From the NCBI RefSeq assembly GCF_035084215.1, contig NW_027139224.1:248001-312000 (forward strand): a stretch of DNA of 64,000 nucleotides. The letters are read 5' to 3'. Under the pieces are notes generated by a model that saw nothing but the letters and a program-made list of their open reading frames with translations, was not told where the DNA came from and searched no databases. Of this stretch, positions 49,966-63,700 are shown one piece after another. Each line of letters begins with the position of its first letter. The first letter of the stretch is position 1. Made by a program: the position numbers and the translations under genes. Source of the stretch: Heptranchias perlo (taxonomy: Eukaryota).

Positions 49966-50978
49966 AGCCTGGCACTGAGCCCCTCTCAGACCCCATTACC
50001 CACTGACCGAGGGTTAATGCCCCAATACCCAGCCTGGCACTGAGCCCCTCTCAGACCCCATTACCCACTGACCGAGGGTTAATGCCCCAATACCCAGCCT
50101 GGCACTGAGCCCCTCTCAGACCCCATTACCCACTGACCGAGGGTTAATGCCCCAATACCCAGCCTGGCACTGAGCCCCTCTCAGACCCCATTACCCACTG
50201 ACCGAGGGTTAATGCCCCAATACCCAGCCTGGCACTGAGCCCCTCTCAGACCCCATTACCCACTGACCGAGGGTTAATGCCCCAATACCCAGCCTGGCAC
50301 TGAGCCCCTCTCAGACCCCATTACCCACTGACCGAGGGTTAATGCCCCAATACCCAGCCTGGCACTGAGCCCCTCTCAGACCCCATTACCCACTGACCGA
50401 GGGTTAATGCCCCAATACCCAGCCTGGCACTGAGCCCCTCTCAGACCCCATTACCCACTGACCGAGGGTTAATGCCCCAATACCCAGCCTGGCACTGAGC
50501 CCCTCTCAGACCCCATTACCCACTGACCGAGGGTTAATGCCCCAATACCCAGCCTGGCACTGAGCCCCTCTCAGACCCCATTACCCACTGACCGAGGGTT
50601 AATGCCCCAATACCCAGCCTGGCACTGAGCCCCTCTCAGACCCCATTACCCACTGACCGAGGGTTAATGCCCCAATACCCAGCCTGGCACTGAGCCCCTC
50701 TCAGACCCCATTACCCACTGACCGAGGGTTAATGCCCCAATACCCAGCCTGGCACTGAGCCCCTCTCAGACCCCATTACCCACTGACCGAGGGTTAATGC
50801 CCCAATACCCAGCCTGGCACTGAGCCCCTCTCAGACCCCATTACCCACTGACCGAGGGTTAATGCCCCAATACCCAGCCTGGCACTGAGCCCCTCTCAGA
50901 CCCCATTACCCACTGACCGAGGGTTAATGCCCCAATACCCAGCCTGGCACTGAGCCCCTCTCAGACCCCATTACTCAC
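49966..50978. repeat. 65-bp minisatellite, about 15.5 essentially identical copies, at the distal exon 1 donor
   Basis: Same unit as 41669-42042; no spacers. Confidence 0.98.
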
Positions 50979-51027
50979 CTGCAGAGACCCCTCCACACAG
51001 AACGACCAGAACTATCAGTCCAATCAT
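50979..51027 (-). CDS. Duplicate MHC class I exon 1 (signal peptide), distal copy; alternative first exon or orphan
   Basis: 49 nt identical to 42043-42091 with an intact GTGAGT donor; no second exon 2 in the window. Confidence 0.7.
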
Positions 51028-51182
51028 TGCTGCTTCCCTCGACAGGCTGGGATGAGCAGTTTGTGGGAAATCCTTTTCCAGGAGACGGTCTCCTCTGTCC
51101 CTGTGCTGATTGTATTAAACCAGGAGATGTCCCTGGTCACTCAGACACTTCCTTATTGTTTGCTTCGACAGTCAGTTTGTGC

Positions 51183-51374
51183 CCAATCAGAATGAAAGCA
51201 GCCTGTGAATCAGCAAACTCCAGGCAGAGGAGTCCCAGAGAGTTTGTGTCGGTGTAAAAATAAACTGTCCAAATATCCTGAACCGTCCAATCAGAGAAAT
51301 ACTGCTCGTCACATGTTCAGTTGCCAGGAGAATGAACTGAACAGGGTTTGATCATTAAACAAGGAACTGAAAGT
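51183..51374 (-). promoter_or_regulatory. MHC class I promoter module, distal copy (ISRE-like, X1, X2 TGACG, Y box)
   Basis: Minus strand: ACTTTCAGTTCC (51363-74), CCTGGCAAC (51320-28), TGACG (51307-11), CTGATTGG (51287-94); Y box 260 bp from the ATG. Confidence 0.7.
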
Positions 51375-51402
51375 AGTTTGTTGCAGAAAGTGACAGAGGG
51401 AA

Positions 51403-54400
51403 GAACATAGGAACAGGAGGAGGCCATTCAGCCCCTCGAGCCTGCTCCCCCATTCAATCAGTTCATGGCTGATCTCTACCTCATCTCCATTTTCCCGCTT
51501 TGCTCCGTGTCCCTTGATCCCATTCCCCAACAAAACTCTGATCAATCGCAGTCTTAAAAGCTCCAATTGTCCCGACATCCACAGCCTTTTGGGGGAGAGA
51601 GTTCCAGATTTCCACTTCCCTTTGTGTGAAAATGGGATTCCTGATTTCCCTCCTAAATGACCTCACTCTAATTTTAAGATGATGTCCCCTCGTTCTTGAC
51701 TCCCCCAACAGAGGAAATAGTTTCTCCGTCTCACCCTATCGAATCCTGTTAACATTATAAACCCCTCAATCAGATCACCCCTCAACCTTCGATACTCAAG
51801 GGAATACAAGACAAGTTTCTCCATCCTCCCTTTAAACCCCGGGATCATTCTGGTGAATCTGCACTGCACCCCCTCCAAGGCCAATCTATCCTTCCTGAGG
51901 TGCGGTGCCCAGAACTGAACACAGTCTCCAGATGGGGTCTGACCAGGACTCTGTTCAACTGAATCATAACTTCCTCCCCTTTGTAATCCAGCCCCCTCGA
52001 GATAAAGGCCAACATTCCATTAGACAGACTGGTGAAATGGGCAGACACACGGCAGATCAAATTTAACACAGAGAAGTGTGGAGTGATGTATTTTGGAAGG
52101 AAGAATGAGGAGAGGCAATAGAAAGTAAATGGTACAATTTTAAAGGGGGTGCAGGAACAGAGAGACCTGGGGGTGTATGTACACAAATCATTGAAAGTGG
52201 CAGTTGAGAAGGCTGTTAAAAAAGCACACGGGTTCCTGGGCTTTATTAATAGAGGCATAGAGTACAAAAGCAAGGAAGTTATGCTAAACCTTTATAAACA
52301 CTGGTTAGACCTCAGCTGGAGTATTGTGTCCAATTCTGGGCACCGCACTTTAGGAAGGATGTGAAGGCCTTGGAGAGGGTGCAGAGGAGATTTACTGGAA
52401 TGGTTCCAGGGATGAGGGACTTCAGTTATGTGGAGAGACTGGAGAAGCTGGGATTGTTCTCCTTAGAGCAGAGAAGATTAAGGGGAGATTTAATAGAGGT
52501 GTTCAAAATCATGAGGGGTTTTGATAGAGTAAATAAGGAGAAACAGTTTCCATTTGCAGGAGGGTCAGTAACCAGAGGACACAGATTTAAGGTAATTGGC
52601 AAAAGAGCCAGAGGGGAGATGAGGAGAAATATTTTCGTGCAGCGAGTTGTTATAATCTGGAATCCACTGCCTGAAAGGGCAGATTCACCATCTTCAGCCA
52701 GAAGTGTCGAGTGGATGATCCATCTCGGCCTCCTCCCGATATTCCCACCATCACCGAAGCCAGTCTTCAGCCAATTCGATTCACTCCACGTGATATCAAG
52801 AAACGGCTGAGTGCACTGGATACAGCAAAGCCTATGGGCCCCAACAACATCCCGGCTGTAGTGCTGAAGACTTGTGCTCCAGAACTAGCCGCACCTCCAG
52901 CCAAACTGTTCCAGTACAGCTACAACACTGGCATTTACCCGACAATGTGGAAAATTGCCCAGGTATGTCCTGTCCACAAAAAGCAGGACAAATCCAATCC
53001 GGCCAATTACTGCCCCATCAGTCTACTCTCAATCATTAGCAAAGTGATGGAAGGTGTCGTTGACAGTGCTATCAAGCGGCACTTACTCACCAATAACCTG
53101 CTCACTGATGCTCAGTTTGGGTTCCGCCAGGACCACTCAGCTCCAGACCTCATTACAGCCTTGGTCCAAACATGGACAAAAGAGCTGAATTCCAGAGGTG
53201 GGGTGAGAGTGACTGCCCTTGACATCAAGGCAGCATTTGACCAAGTGTGGCACCAAGGAGCCCGAGTAAAATTGAAGTCAATGGGAATCGGGGGAACACT
53301 CTCCAGTGGCTGGAGTCATACCGAGCACAAAGGAAGATGATAGTGGTTGTTGGAGGCCAGTCATCTCAGCCCAGGACATTGCTGCAGGAGTTCCTCAGGG
53401 CAGTGTCCTAGGCCCAACCATCTTCAGCTGCTTCATCAATGACCTTCCCTCCATCATAAGGTCAGAAATAGGGATGTGCGCTGATGAATGCTCAGTGTTC
53501 AGTTCCATTCACAACCCCTCAGATAATGAAGCAGTCCGAGCCCGCATGCAGCAAGACCTGGACAACATCCAGGCTTGGGCTGATAAGTGGCAAGTAACAT
53601 TCGCGCAAGTCAAGTGCGAGGCAATGACCATCTCCAACAAGGCAGAGTCTAACCATCCCCCCTTGACATTCAATGGCATTACCATCGCTGAATCCCCCAC
53701 CATCAACATCCTGGGGGTCACTATTGACCAGAAACTTAACTGGACCAGCCACATAAATACTGTGGCTACAAGAGCAGGTCAGAGGCTGGGTATTCTGCGG
53801 CGAGTGACTCACCTCCTGACTCCCCAAAGCCTTTCCACCATCTACAAGGTACAAGTCAGGAGTGTGATGGAATTCTCTCCACTTGCCTGGATGAGTGCAG
53901 CTCCAACAACACTCAAGAAGCTCAACATCATCCAGGACAAAGCAGCCCGCTTGATTGGCACCCCATCCACCACCCTAAACATTCACTCCCTTCACCACCG
54001 GCACACTGTGGCTGCAGTGTGTACCATCCACAGGATGTACTGCAGCAACTCGCCAAGGCTTCTTTGACAGCACCTCCCAAACCCGTGACCTCTACCACCT
54101 AGAAGGACAAGGGCAGCATGCACATGGGAACAACACCACCTGCACGTTCCCCTCCAAGTCACACACCATCCCGACTTGGAAATATATCGCCGTTCCTTCA
54201 TCGTCACTGGGTCAAAATCCTGGAACTCCCTTCCTAACAGCACTGTGGGAGAACCTTCACCACACGGACTGCAGCGGTTCAAGAAGGCGGCTCACCACCA
54301 CCTTCTCAAGGGGCAATTAGGGATAGGCAATAAATACCAGCCTCGCCAGCGACGCCCACATCCCATGAACGAATAATAAAAAAAATTCAATCATAACTTT

Positions 54401-54558
54401 CAAAAGGGAATTGGATAAATATTTGAAAGGGAAAACTTTGCAGGGCTATGGGGAAAAGGCAGAGGAGTGGGACTAATTGGGTAGCTCTTTCAAAGAGCTG
54501 ACACAGACACGATGGGCCGAATAGCCTCCTCCAGTGCTGTCCGATTCTATGATTCTAT
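51403..54558. mobile_element. Duplicate of the head-to-head CR1 pair, interrupted by a LINE insertion
   Basis: Collinear with 43990-45433. Confidence 0.88.
52688..54384 (+). mobile_element. 5'-truncated LINE (second CR1-group family) present only in the distal duplicate
   Basis: RT motifs [22 protein letters not shown]; A-rich tail; TSD ATTCA (52683-87 and 54385-89); empty site at about 45260. Confidence 0.92.
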
Positions 54559-55434
54559 TGGGGGTCACATTCACTAAACTTTCACCTTTCAAATAAAATG
54601 TCCACTTTTCCTCACAGTGCTGAACCTCTCTGATTTCAATCTCTTCCTTTCCTGTTACTTTCGGTTCAATCTCCCATTTTTAATCAATATTTATTTTCTG
54701 CCACTTTTGCTCCACTTCTCCTGTTGTGGCATCAAACGTTGCACGAAAGCACCTGGAGCAAGGGGTCATGAGAGAGGGGAATCAGCAATCGGAACGGTCT
54801 CAGATTGCCCGGTACTGGGAGATGGGCCTGGAATCACTGCTCCATTTACTCTACACCTTCCTCTCTCCAACTCTCAGCTTTGATGGATTTGTGCTGCACA
54901 ATGTCTGACCAGGCAGCACAATTCAGGATTTGCCGTACTCTCCCCAGATTTAGAAACCCCTCATCGAGAGAACAAATAAAGGGTTAATTCTACTGGGGAT
55001 TAAAAACGTGTTTAATCCAGAGAGGTGAAAAGCTGCTGTAAAAATGTCAGGTTTCACTGACTGATGTCCTTGCCCAGCAATAAATGTCTTTCTCAGTTGG
55101 CCCCAGTGCAGTGTCAATCTGTCACTTCTCAAAGACAAGGAGGGTCTGATGGGACACGGGATTGGAGCAACAGCTAAAGCAAAAGAGAAAGGGCTTTCTG
55201 TTCATTATCCTGGGCACTCGATGAAACTTCCCTCAATACAAGAGCAGTGTAAACACCGTCAAGGGTGGAAGGAGCTGGGGATCACTGATGAGAGCAGTCT
55301 GAGACACAAGACAAAATATCACAAGGAAAAACTGGGAAAAGGACCAGAGAATGTCAGGACAGGAAGTCCCTGTTGTATTATTGGGAACAGTGTTCACCGA
55401 CTTCACAAAACCTGCTCCTGATGGAAATAACTTT

Positions 55435-57763
55435 CTGAGGTGTGATACCCTGAGGCGTGATACCCTGAGGCGTGATACCCTGAGGTGTGACACTCTGAGG
55501 TGTGACACCCTGAGGTGTGACACTCTGAGGTGTGACACCCTGAGGTGTGACACCCTGAGGTGTGATACCCTGAGGTGTGACTCTCTGAGGTGTGATACTC
55601 TGAGGTGTGACACTCTGAGGTGTGATACCCTGAGGCGTGATACCCTGAGGTGTGACACTCTGAGGTGTGACACCCTGAGGTGTGACACTCTGAGGTGTGA
55701 CACTCTGAGGTGTGACACCCTGAGGTGTGATACCCTGAGGTGTGACACTCTGAGGTGTGACACTCTGAGGTGTGACACCCTTAGGTGTGACACTCTGAGG
55801 TGTGACACCCTGAGGTGTGATACCCTGAGGTGTGACACTCTGAGGTGTGACACTCTGAGGTGTGACACCCTGAGGTCTGACACCCTGAGGTGTGACACTC
55901 TGAGGTGTGACACTCTGAGGTGTGACACTCTGAGGTGTGATACCCTGAGGTGTGATACCCTGAGGTGTGATACCCTGAAGTGTGACTCTCTGAGGTGTGA
56001 TACCCTGAGGTGTGATACCCTGAGTTGTGACTCTCTGAGGTGTGACACTCTGAGGTGTGATACCCTGAGGTGTGATACCCTGAGGTGTGATACCCTGAGG
56101 TGTGACACTCTGAGGTGTGATACCCTGAGGTGTGATACCCTGAGGTGTGACACCCTGAAGTGTGACACTGAGGTGTGACACTCTGCAATGTCACACTCTG
56201 AGGTGTGATATCCTGAGGTGACACCCTGAGGTGTGATACCCTGAGGTGTGACTCTCTGAGGTGTGACACCCTGAGCTGTGACACCCTGAGGTGTGACACC
56301 CTGAAGTGTGATACCCTGAGGTGTGATACCCTCAGGTGTGACTCTCTGAGGTGTGACTCTCTGAGGTGTGACACCCTGAGGTGTGATACCCTGATGTGTG
56401 ACACCCTGAGGTGTGACTCTCTGAGGTGTGACACCCTGAGGTGTGATACCCTGATGTGTGATACCCTGAGGTGTGACACGCTGAGGTGTGATACCCTGAG
56501 GTGTGATACCCTGAGGTGTGACTCTCTGAGGTGACACGCTGAGGTGTGATACCCTGAGGTGTGACTCTCTGAGGTGTGACTCTCTGAGGTGTGATACCCT
56601 GAGGTGTGACACCCTGAGGTGTGACACTCTGAGGTGTGACTCTCTGAGGTGTGATACCCTGAGGTGTGACACCCTGAGGTGTGATACCCTGAGGTGTGAC
56701 TCTCTGAGGTGTGACTCTCTGAGGTGTGATACCTTGAGGTGTGATACCCTGAGGTGTGACTCTCTGAGGTGACACGCTGAGGTGTGATACCCTGAGGTGT
56801 GATACCCTGAGGTGTGACACTCTGAGGTGTGACACCCTGAGGTGTGACACCCTGAGGTGTGATACCCTGAGGTGTGATACCCTGAGGTGTGACTCTCTGA
56901 GGTGTGACTCCCTGAGGTGTGATACCCTGATGTGTGATACCCTGAGGTGTGATACCCTGAGGTGTGACACCCTGAGCTGTGACACCCTGAGGTGTGATAC
57001 CCTGAGGTGTGACACTCTGAGGTGTGACACTCTGAGGTGTGACTCTCTGAGGTGTGACACCCTGAGCTGTGACACCCTGAGGTGTGATACTCTGAGGTGT
57101 GATACTCTGAGGTGTGATACTCTGAGGTGTGACTCCCTGAGGTGTGATACCCTGATGTGTGATACCCTGAGGTGTGATACCCTGAGGTGTGACACCCTGA
57201 GCTGTGACACCCTGAGGTGTGATACCCTGAGGTGTGACACTCTGAGGTGTGACCCTCTGAGGTGTGACGCTCTGAGGTGTGACACCCTGAGCTGTGACAC
57301 CCTGAGGTGTGATACTCTGAGGTGTGATACTCTGAGGTGTGACTCTCTGAGGTGTGATACCCTGAGGTGTGAATCTCTGAGGTGTGATACCCTGAGGTGT
57401 GACACTCTGAGGTGTGACACTCTGAGCTGTGCCACTCTGAGGTGTGACACTCTGCGATGTCACACTCTGAGGTGTGATACCCTGAGGTGTGACTCTCTGA
57501 GGTGTGATACCCTGAGGTGTGATACCCTGAGGTGTGAATCTCTGAGGTGTGATACCCTGAGGTGTGATCCCCTGAGGTGTGATCCCCTGAAGTGTGATAC
57601 CCTGAGGTGTGATACCCTGAGGTGTGACACTCTGAGGTGTGACACTCTGAGCTGTGCCACTCTGAGGTGTGACACTCTGCGATGTCACACTCTGAGGTGT
57701 GATACCCTGAGGTGTGACTCTCTGAGGTGATACCCTGAGGTGTGACTCTCTGAGGTGTGACAC
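55435..57763. repeat. 15-bp minisatellite (TGAGGTGTGAYACYC), about 155 copies
   Basis: Read directly. Confidence 0.98.
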
Positions 57764-60700
57764 TGACGATCCGGATTCTTTCCCCTCAGTCTGGTTCAGT
57801 AAAAACTGAAGTCAAATACATTTTAAAGTTCATCACAACTTTAATAGCAGGGTTCTTAGTCTGCAGCATTGATTTGGACTCCTGATAGAGTCCCTCTATG
57901 CTGGCAGAGCAAGAACAAGAAACATACAGAAATCCACACGTTTTTATACAGATGAATAGGGTTGGAACATACTTAACGAGGGTCAACACCAATCATAAGC
58001 CGGGCATAGGTTGCCATGCGAGGTTACATTATTTCCGGCCAATCATAGATAATCATGTGCTGACCATGTTGCTGTTAGACATCAAAGGGGATACTTCCTC
58101 ACCTTCCAACTTGGAATGTTCTTCCCTGTTCCTTCTGTTCCTTATCTCCCAACCTGGAATGTCTTTCAACTTTGGCTAAGCTCGTTCCCTATATTGATCT
58201 GCCATAAACATGGAGACATTCAGACCAGTCCTTGACTCACATCAAAGACTCTACATTGATAAGACCATGCAAACCTGCTGACTACGCAAACATATGGCCC
58301 AGCAGGAGGCCAGGCCACCTGTACCAATCTCAGTTATTAACTAATGAACCCTTTCTAACCATTTTGCATTCTGCTTCTTTGCCACGTAGGCATCTTAATA
58401 TTTTACCGAAAACTGACCACGTAGGGATTCTCATTCCCCCCTTTTATCATTTCATGATAACCAATTATTACGGTGCTCACTGGTTCTGCAGGTTCTGCAG
58501 CGCAGCAACATTTAAGTAAGCAATAAACTATAAGAATTATAACAATGAATATGACTAGCCCTTGAACTAGAGAAGTCCCAATAGAACACAGACATGTTTC
58601 ATCAATACACCTTTGTACTCTTATCTGTTCTCAGGAACAGACTCCTTCGAAACATCTCTCAAGTAAGCTGCGAATGTCCTTGGTCAGCTAAACCTATTCA
58701 TGTTAGTTTGAAAAGGCTAACATAGTCAAATGTCCTATGGTGCTTTATATTTTGTTTCCAGCCTAACTAGACTGAATGGTACCTTTCAGACCATTTTACA
58801 CCTGTGAATTGGTGCCCTCCCCATTATATCCCTTAATCCAAATTCTCCCTACAGTATCCCGTTAGATGCTGTACCTCATCTTAACCAGGTTCCCTTCGTG
58901 TTGGCCACCAGTCCGGGTGGAAGAGAGGCAGAGCATCTGATAATCCTATCAAACTATGATTGTCTTCCCTTTTACATGCACCTTACCCCAGCGGGTGCTA
59001 CTCCCGGTACCATTAAGATGTGTTCTTAGTTGAAACCACAGAGACAATGGGGACATTCTCACCCAGGCTCTGTTTTACTATCTTTGCCAAACCCTTCATC
59101 CTCTGCTTACATTTATTACATGCAATGAAAATCAAGAAGCACATTACAACAAACTGCACTACGACTAATACATATGAAACTAATCTAATCCAAGGATGGA
59201 TCTGTATATTCAGTCCCAAATTCCAGAGGTCATTTCACCAGGTGGTGACTTTAATTTGGTCAATGTCATGCTTAATGTTGTTACTGTTCTGTTGTAGGTT
59301 ATAATAAACCTTCTGGGAGAGGCGTATCTCCATTCGCAATACTTTCAAGTATTTAGGCAACAGGGGTGTCAGATACCCAAATGTGTCCTGATATGCTTTT
59401 AAGTCCTTTCTGACATTCTCAGAAACTTGTAAGGTGGTGAGGTTATGCTGGTGTATCTCTACCAGTTCCTCGGGTCAAATCCGAACCAGGACTTCAGAAA
59501 TGGAGTAGAATTCTGGACTTAAAATATCACAAGTTAGATTGGCATATTTAAACGTTTTCAAATTAGTTGTAACACAATATTCGCCCTCTCCGGCATATGC
59601 CACTTAAGTGGGTTTTAGATCCGCCTCTAGGGCCTCCATGGTACAGTTAATATCCGGATTGGTACTGGTATTATTAAACCCACACTGTGCTTCTAGGCTG
59701 TGTCCAACACTATGTGGACACACAGTGACAGCATGTCTAGTAACACATCCCTTTAATTTTGTTCCAGCCAATCAGCTTAAATCTACGTCCTCTAGTTCTT
59801 GAACCCTCTGCTAGGGGAAACAGGTACTTCCTGTCTACTTTATCTGGGCCCCTCATAATCTTGTAATTTTGTATCCATCGTGCGGATATCTTCTAAATAT
59901 TGTTTCTCCCAATTTTATTGTTAACTGATGGGAACCTAACCCTGAATTTTGGAAATCCAAATTACTGTGTCCCTCTTTACTTTAATTTCAGTCCTTTTGA
60001 TTGATACCAGTGTTTCCTGACTGTTTCATTAATTAGTTGGTTTCTCTATGGACCATGTGTCAGTGCCTTGTTTAAAAGGATTTCTCACTCGCCTGGACCA
60101 CATTAACCATTTTCCTGTTGTGCTGTTGTCAAGTAACTGAGCCTGTCTGAGACTCATTCTTCAATGTATCTTCTTCATGTATCTCCGCATACTAGCAGCA
60201 TCTCATAGGAATGAGCTTAGTGTTCTTGGATATTAACTTTCTGCTGGCCAGTCTCTTCTTCCTCATGGTATTTCCGAACATTTTCCATGGCACACATCAT
60301 ATGACCTGTAGGATTCAGTCCTGTAAAAGCAACTGGTTTGTTTAAAGAGTGGTTGCAATAGCTCACCAGGCCACAGGCCTTTGTAATCATGTTCTTCATC
60401 CTGATCTCCGTTTCAGATGATGGCAACATACATTTGTATCTTTTATGTCCACTGTAGCCACTCTTAGGTTTTCAGGTTATCTTATCAAAAAGATCAGGGG
60501 TGTCCAGAGTGCTTATCTCCCCCTGCATGGTCCCGATGTCAGGGTAGTGGCCAGGCTATTGAGTGTAGTTTTCTCATTATTCATTATAGGCAAGGACACA
60601 AATATCTCCACGAGAAAGCTATCAATTTACTATTCTCAACTACACTTTCCTGACTTCCACTAGATTGTATATTTATGCCAGATTGATTTTTTATCATGCC

Positions 60701-63700
60701 CAATTCAATGACTTTAGAGAAATTCCCATATCTCCCCACCTCGAGCACTCTGTCTCGGAAGACAACAAATAGGTTAAAACAAAACAAATCAAAATGTTTT
60801 CAAAAGAAGAGAATCAGGTTGATATCACCACGCTGTGACATTTGGTATCCGCTGATGTCTGCAGCTGAAGTCTTAAATCTTTAACACCACTGGATCGTTT
60901 CCTGCACCAAATTTCTCCAGCAAAGGTTGCACCGTAACTTTGTAACTACTCTTGGTAATCCTGCACCATCAACACTCACGTGGTCCCAAAAAAAAACCCA
61001 GGGTCACCTGTTTTAAAAGAAACACAGAAAATCCATTGCGGCTCTTCTTGAGAGCCCAAGTGATTAATTTGTCAAATCTTCATTTATTATTTATTTATCC
61101 AAAGGAATAATCCCTATACCCGAAACAAATTCAGAAAACAAAACAGGAGAGAGAAATTGCCTAGTCTCTCTCTCTCTGAAGCACGCAGCCTGTCTGAAAT
61201 AAACACCGTCTCTCCCACATACAGATGTACGCAGGGCTGCAGACTGGAATTTCTAACTCCAAGTCCTAATCTCTGTGTTTTCAAGATGTAACCACATTAA
61301 GCAGATATCATTAGCAGCCGCCTGCTAAGATACGTTATATTCCTCTTTTATTAAATTTATTTATGGTTTGGGCATGTGTTTCTAGCACTGTCGCTATCCT
61401 TTGCAAATATATGGTCAGCATTTGATCCTCAGACAATTCCTTATCTGTATTTTCATTTATCTTTTAATATATCTTTAATGCGAGACCCTAAATCTCTGAC
61501 CTTTTGATCTAATGTTGCCAAATCAATGGTGTTAACAACTGAGGCAAAGGCAGTTGCTATATCACTTATCACAGATCTTTACGTCTCCATATTTGCCTAT
61601 CTCTTTTTACGATGTCCACCTTCATTCCATGCCGCTCTTTGTTTTAACACTTGAGTTAGGAGGTGTTGATCTAATTGTTGAGTTTTCTTAGCATTCTCAA
61701 TGCGAGTTATATAATTTGTCAGGGAAGGTCTCCCCTCTTTGGTCAGATCTTGTATTCTACTATTAATTTCAAATAAAATTGAATAGCCCCAGAACTTGTC
61801 AAAACTTCCTTATCATACTGTGGCAGGGTAAAACTGATAGGCGTTTCGTACCCTGTGTCAGTACATAGCTCAAGTAATGGACTTCCAATTGTCTAACCTA
61901 TGCTTCCTTTTCATATGATTTGTTTTACATTCCTTTCTTATCAATTTTTCACTGTAGCGTGAAAACTTATATCTCAGTCAATTGTAGCCTTTGGCATTTC
62001 CGAGTAATTGGGACAATTTTACTAATATAACCTATACCAATTGTTACCTCATGTTCACCTGTGTAATGGTTAGCCTCAGACAGTTCTCAACCGACTGGGT
62101 CATTTCTATCTGTTTGAACTGCTCTTGGCATGACAGTCTGGCTTCTTGGGATGGAAGGGGTTAATATTAACTTGCTCTTGTGGTAGGAGTAACTTGATCC
62201 TTCTCCCTTTTGAGATTAAGTTCCCACCTTCAAAATTTCACTTCACACAGGTTTGACTGATTTTTTTACTTCTCACATTTGTGGATTGCTTTATACTATA
62301 TTTTTGCACACTATTTTTTCACATACTTTTAGTGGGTGTGATTATAATCAACGCTCCGAGCTGTTCCAGCTTTCCGACTTTTCCTATCACAGTGATGCCA
62401 GATAGTTTTTTTAATCTATCCCGTTAATTTTTAACCTCTTTTTAAACCACAGCCAATCACAAAATAAACATTCAAAATGCCAATTTTTTGAAGATCCCAT
62501 GTCTGGAATTTAACATGCCCACACTTTATAAGAACCAGAATTTAATAGGTCACTTAACCTCAATAACTCCAATTTTAATTCGGCAGTATCAGAATTAAAC
62601 ACACGACAAGACAGATACATTACACAAAGGAAGAAAACACGCAAGACACAGTAAGAAGGGGGCGTGGCCCACAACACCAACAAAAAAAACACTGATCAAG
62701 ACAGGCTTTTTAAAGGGACAGTACACTTAAACAACAAAACCTTTCTTTTTCGGGTCTCTGTCTTTTAAACGTTTGTCTAGTCACTTAATTCTATCCATAT
62801 TTTTTTTTACAGTACTGTCTCCATAAAGCAATTAGTTCTTTGGCTGTGGTACCTCTGTTATTTTTCCAAATTAATTCCTGAGCCTTTTTGGCAGCATCTA
62901 AGTTTTATCAATAGTTCCTGTTTATATCCAATCACCAGGAACTTAAACCCTGACTACCCTCAGTGATATTAACCACTGACCTACCGCTTACAAGTTATTC
63001 CCTCAGTGATATTCGACCACTGACCTCTTCCTGCTATTTCTGTGTATTCGCCAGACTGACCTGAATCTTGTAAGGACGCCACACGAGTGTTAGCGATTGG
63101 ACGATTCGTCGTCAGACTGATGGATTGGAGGAAAACCGACGTAGTAAATGAAGACTACTTACATCGGGGCGCCATTTCCTTCCTCCGTGTCTGAGACAAT
63201 CTGCCTCTTACTCCGCGAACTCTCGGTGAACGACCGTTAAGATCCCCGTACGCGCCACCAAATGACGATCCGGATTCTTTCCCCTCAGTCTGGTTCAGTA
63301 AAAACTGAAGTCGAATACATTTTAAAGTTCATCACAACTTTAATAGCAGGGTTCTTAGTCTGCAGCATTGATTTGGACTCCTGATAGAGCCCCTCTATGC
63401 TGGCAGAGCAAGAACAAGAAACATACAGAAATCCACACGTTTTTATACAAATCAATAGGGTTGGAACATAGTTAACGAGGGTCAACACCAATCATAAGCC
63501 GGGCATAGGTTGCCATGCGAGGTTACATTATTTCTGGCCAATCATAGATAATCATGTGCTGACCATGTTGCTGTTAGACATCAAAGGGGATACTTCCTCA
63601 CCTTCCAACTTGGAATGTTCTTCCCTGTTCCTTCTGTTCCTTATCTCCCAACCTGGAATGTCTTTCAACTTTGGCTAAGCTCGTTACCTATATTGATCTG

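Noticed and set aside
49966-50978. Regular 65-bp repeats as a CRISPR array
   Set aside because: Head-to-tail identical units with no unique spacers, no cas genes, and a vertebrate context.
50979-54900. A second complete class I gene
   Set aside because: Only the promoter and leader exon are duplicated; no second alpha1, alpha2 or alpha3 exon is present in the window.
55233-57763. CDTLR / VSHLR / VTPQG pentapeptide-repeat proteins
   Set aside because: The 15-bp satellite is open on both strands, has frame-breaking indels and has no gene structure.
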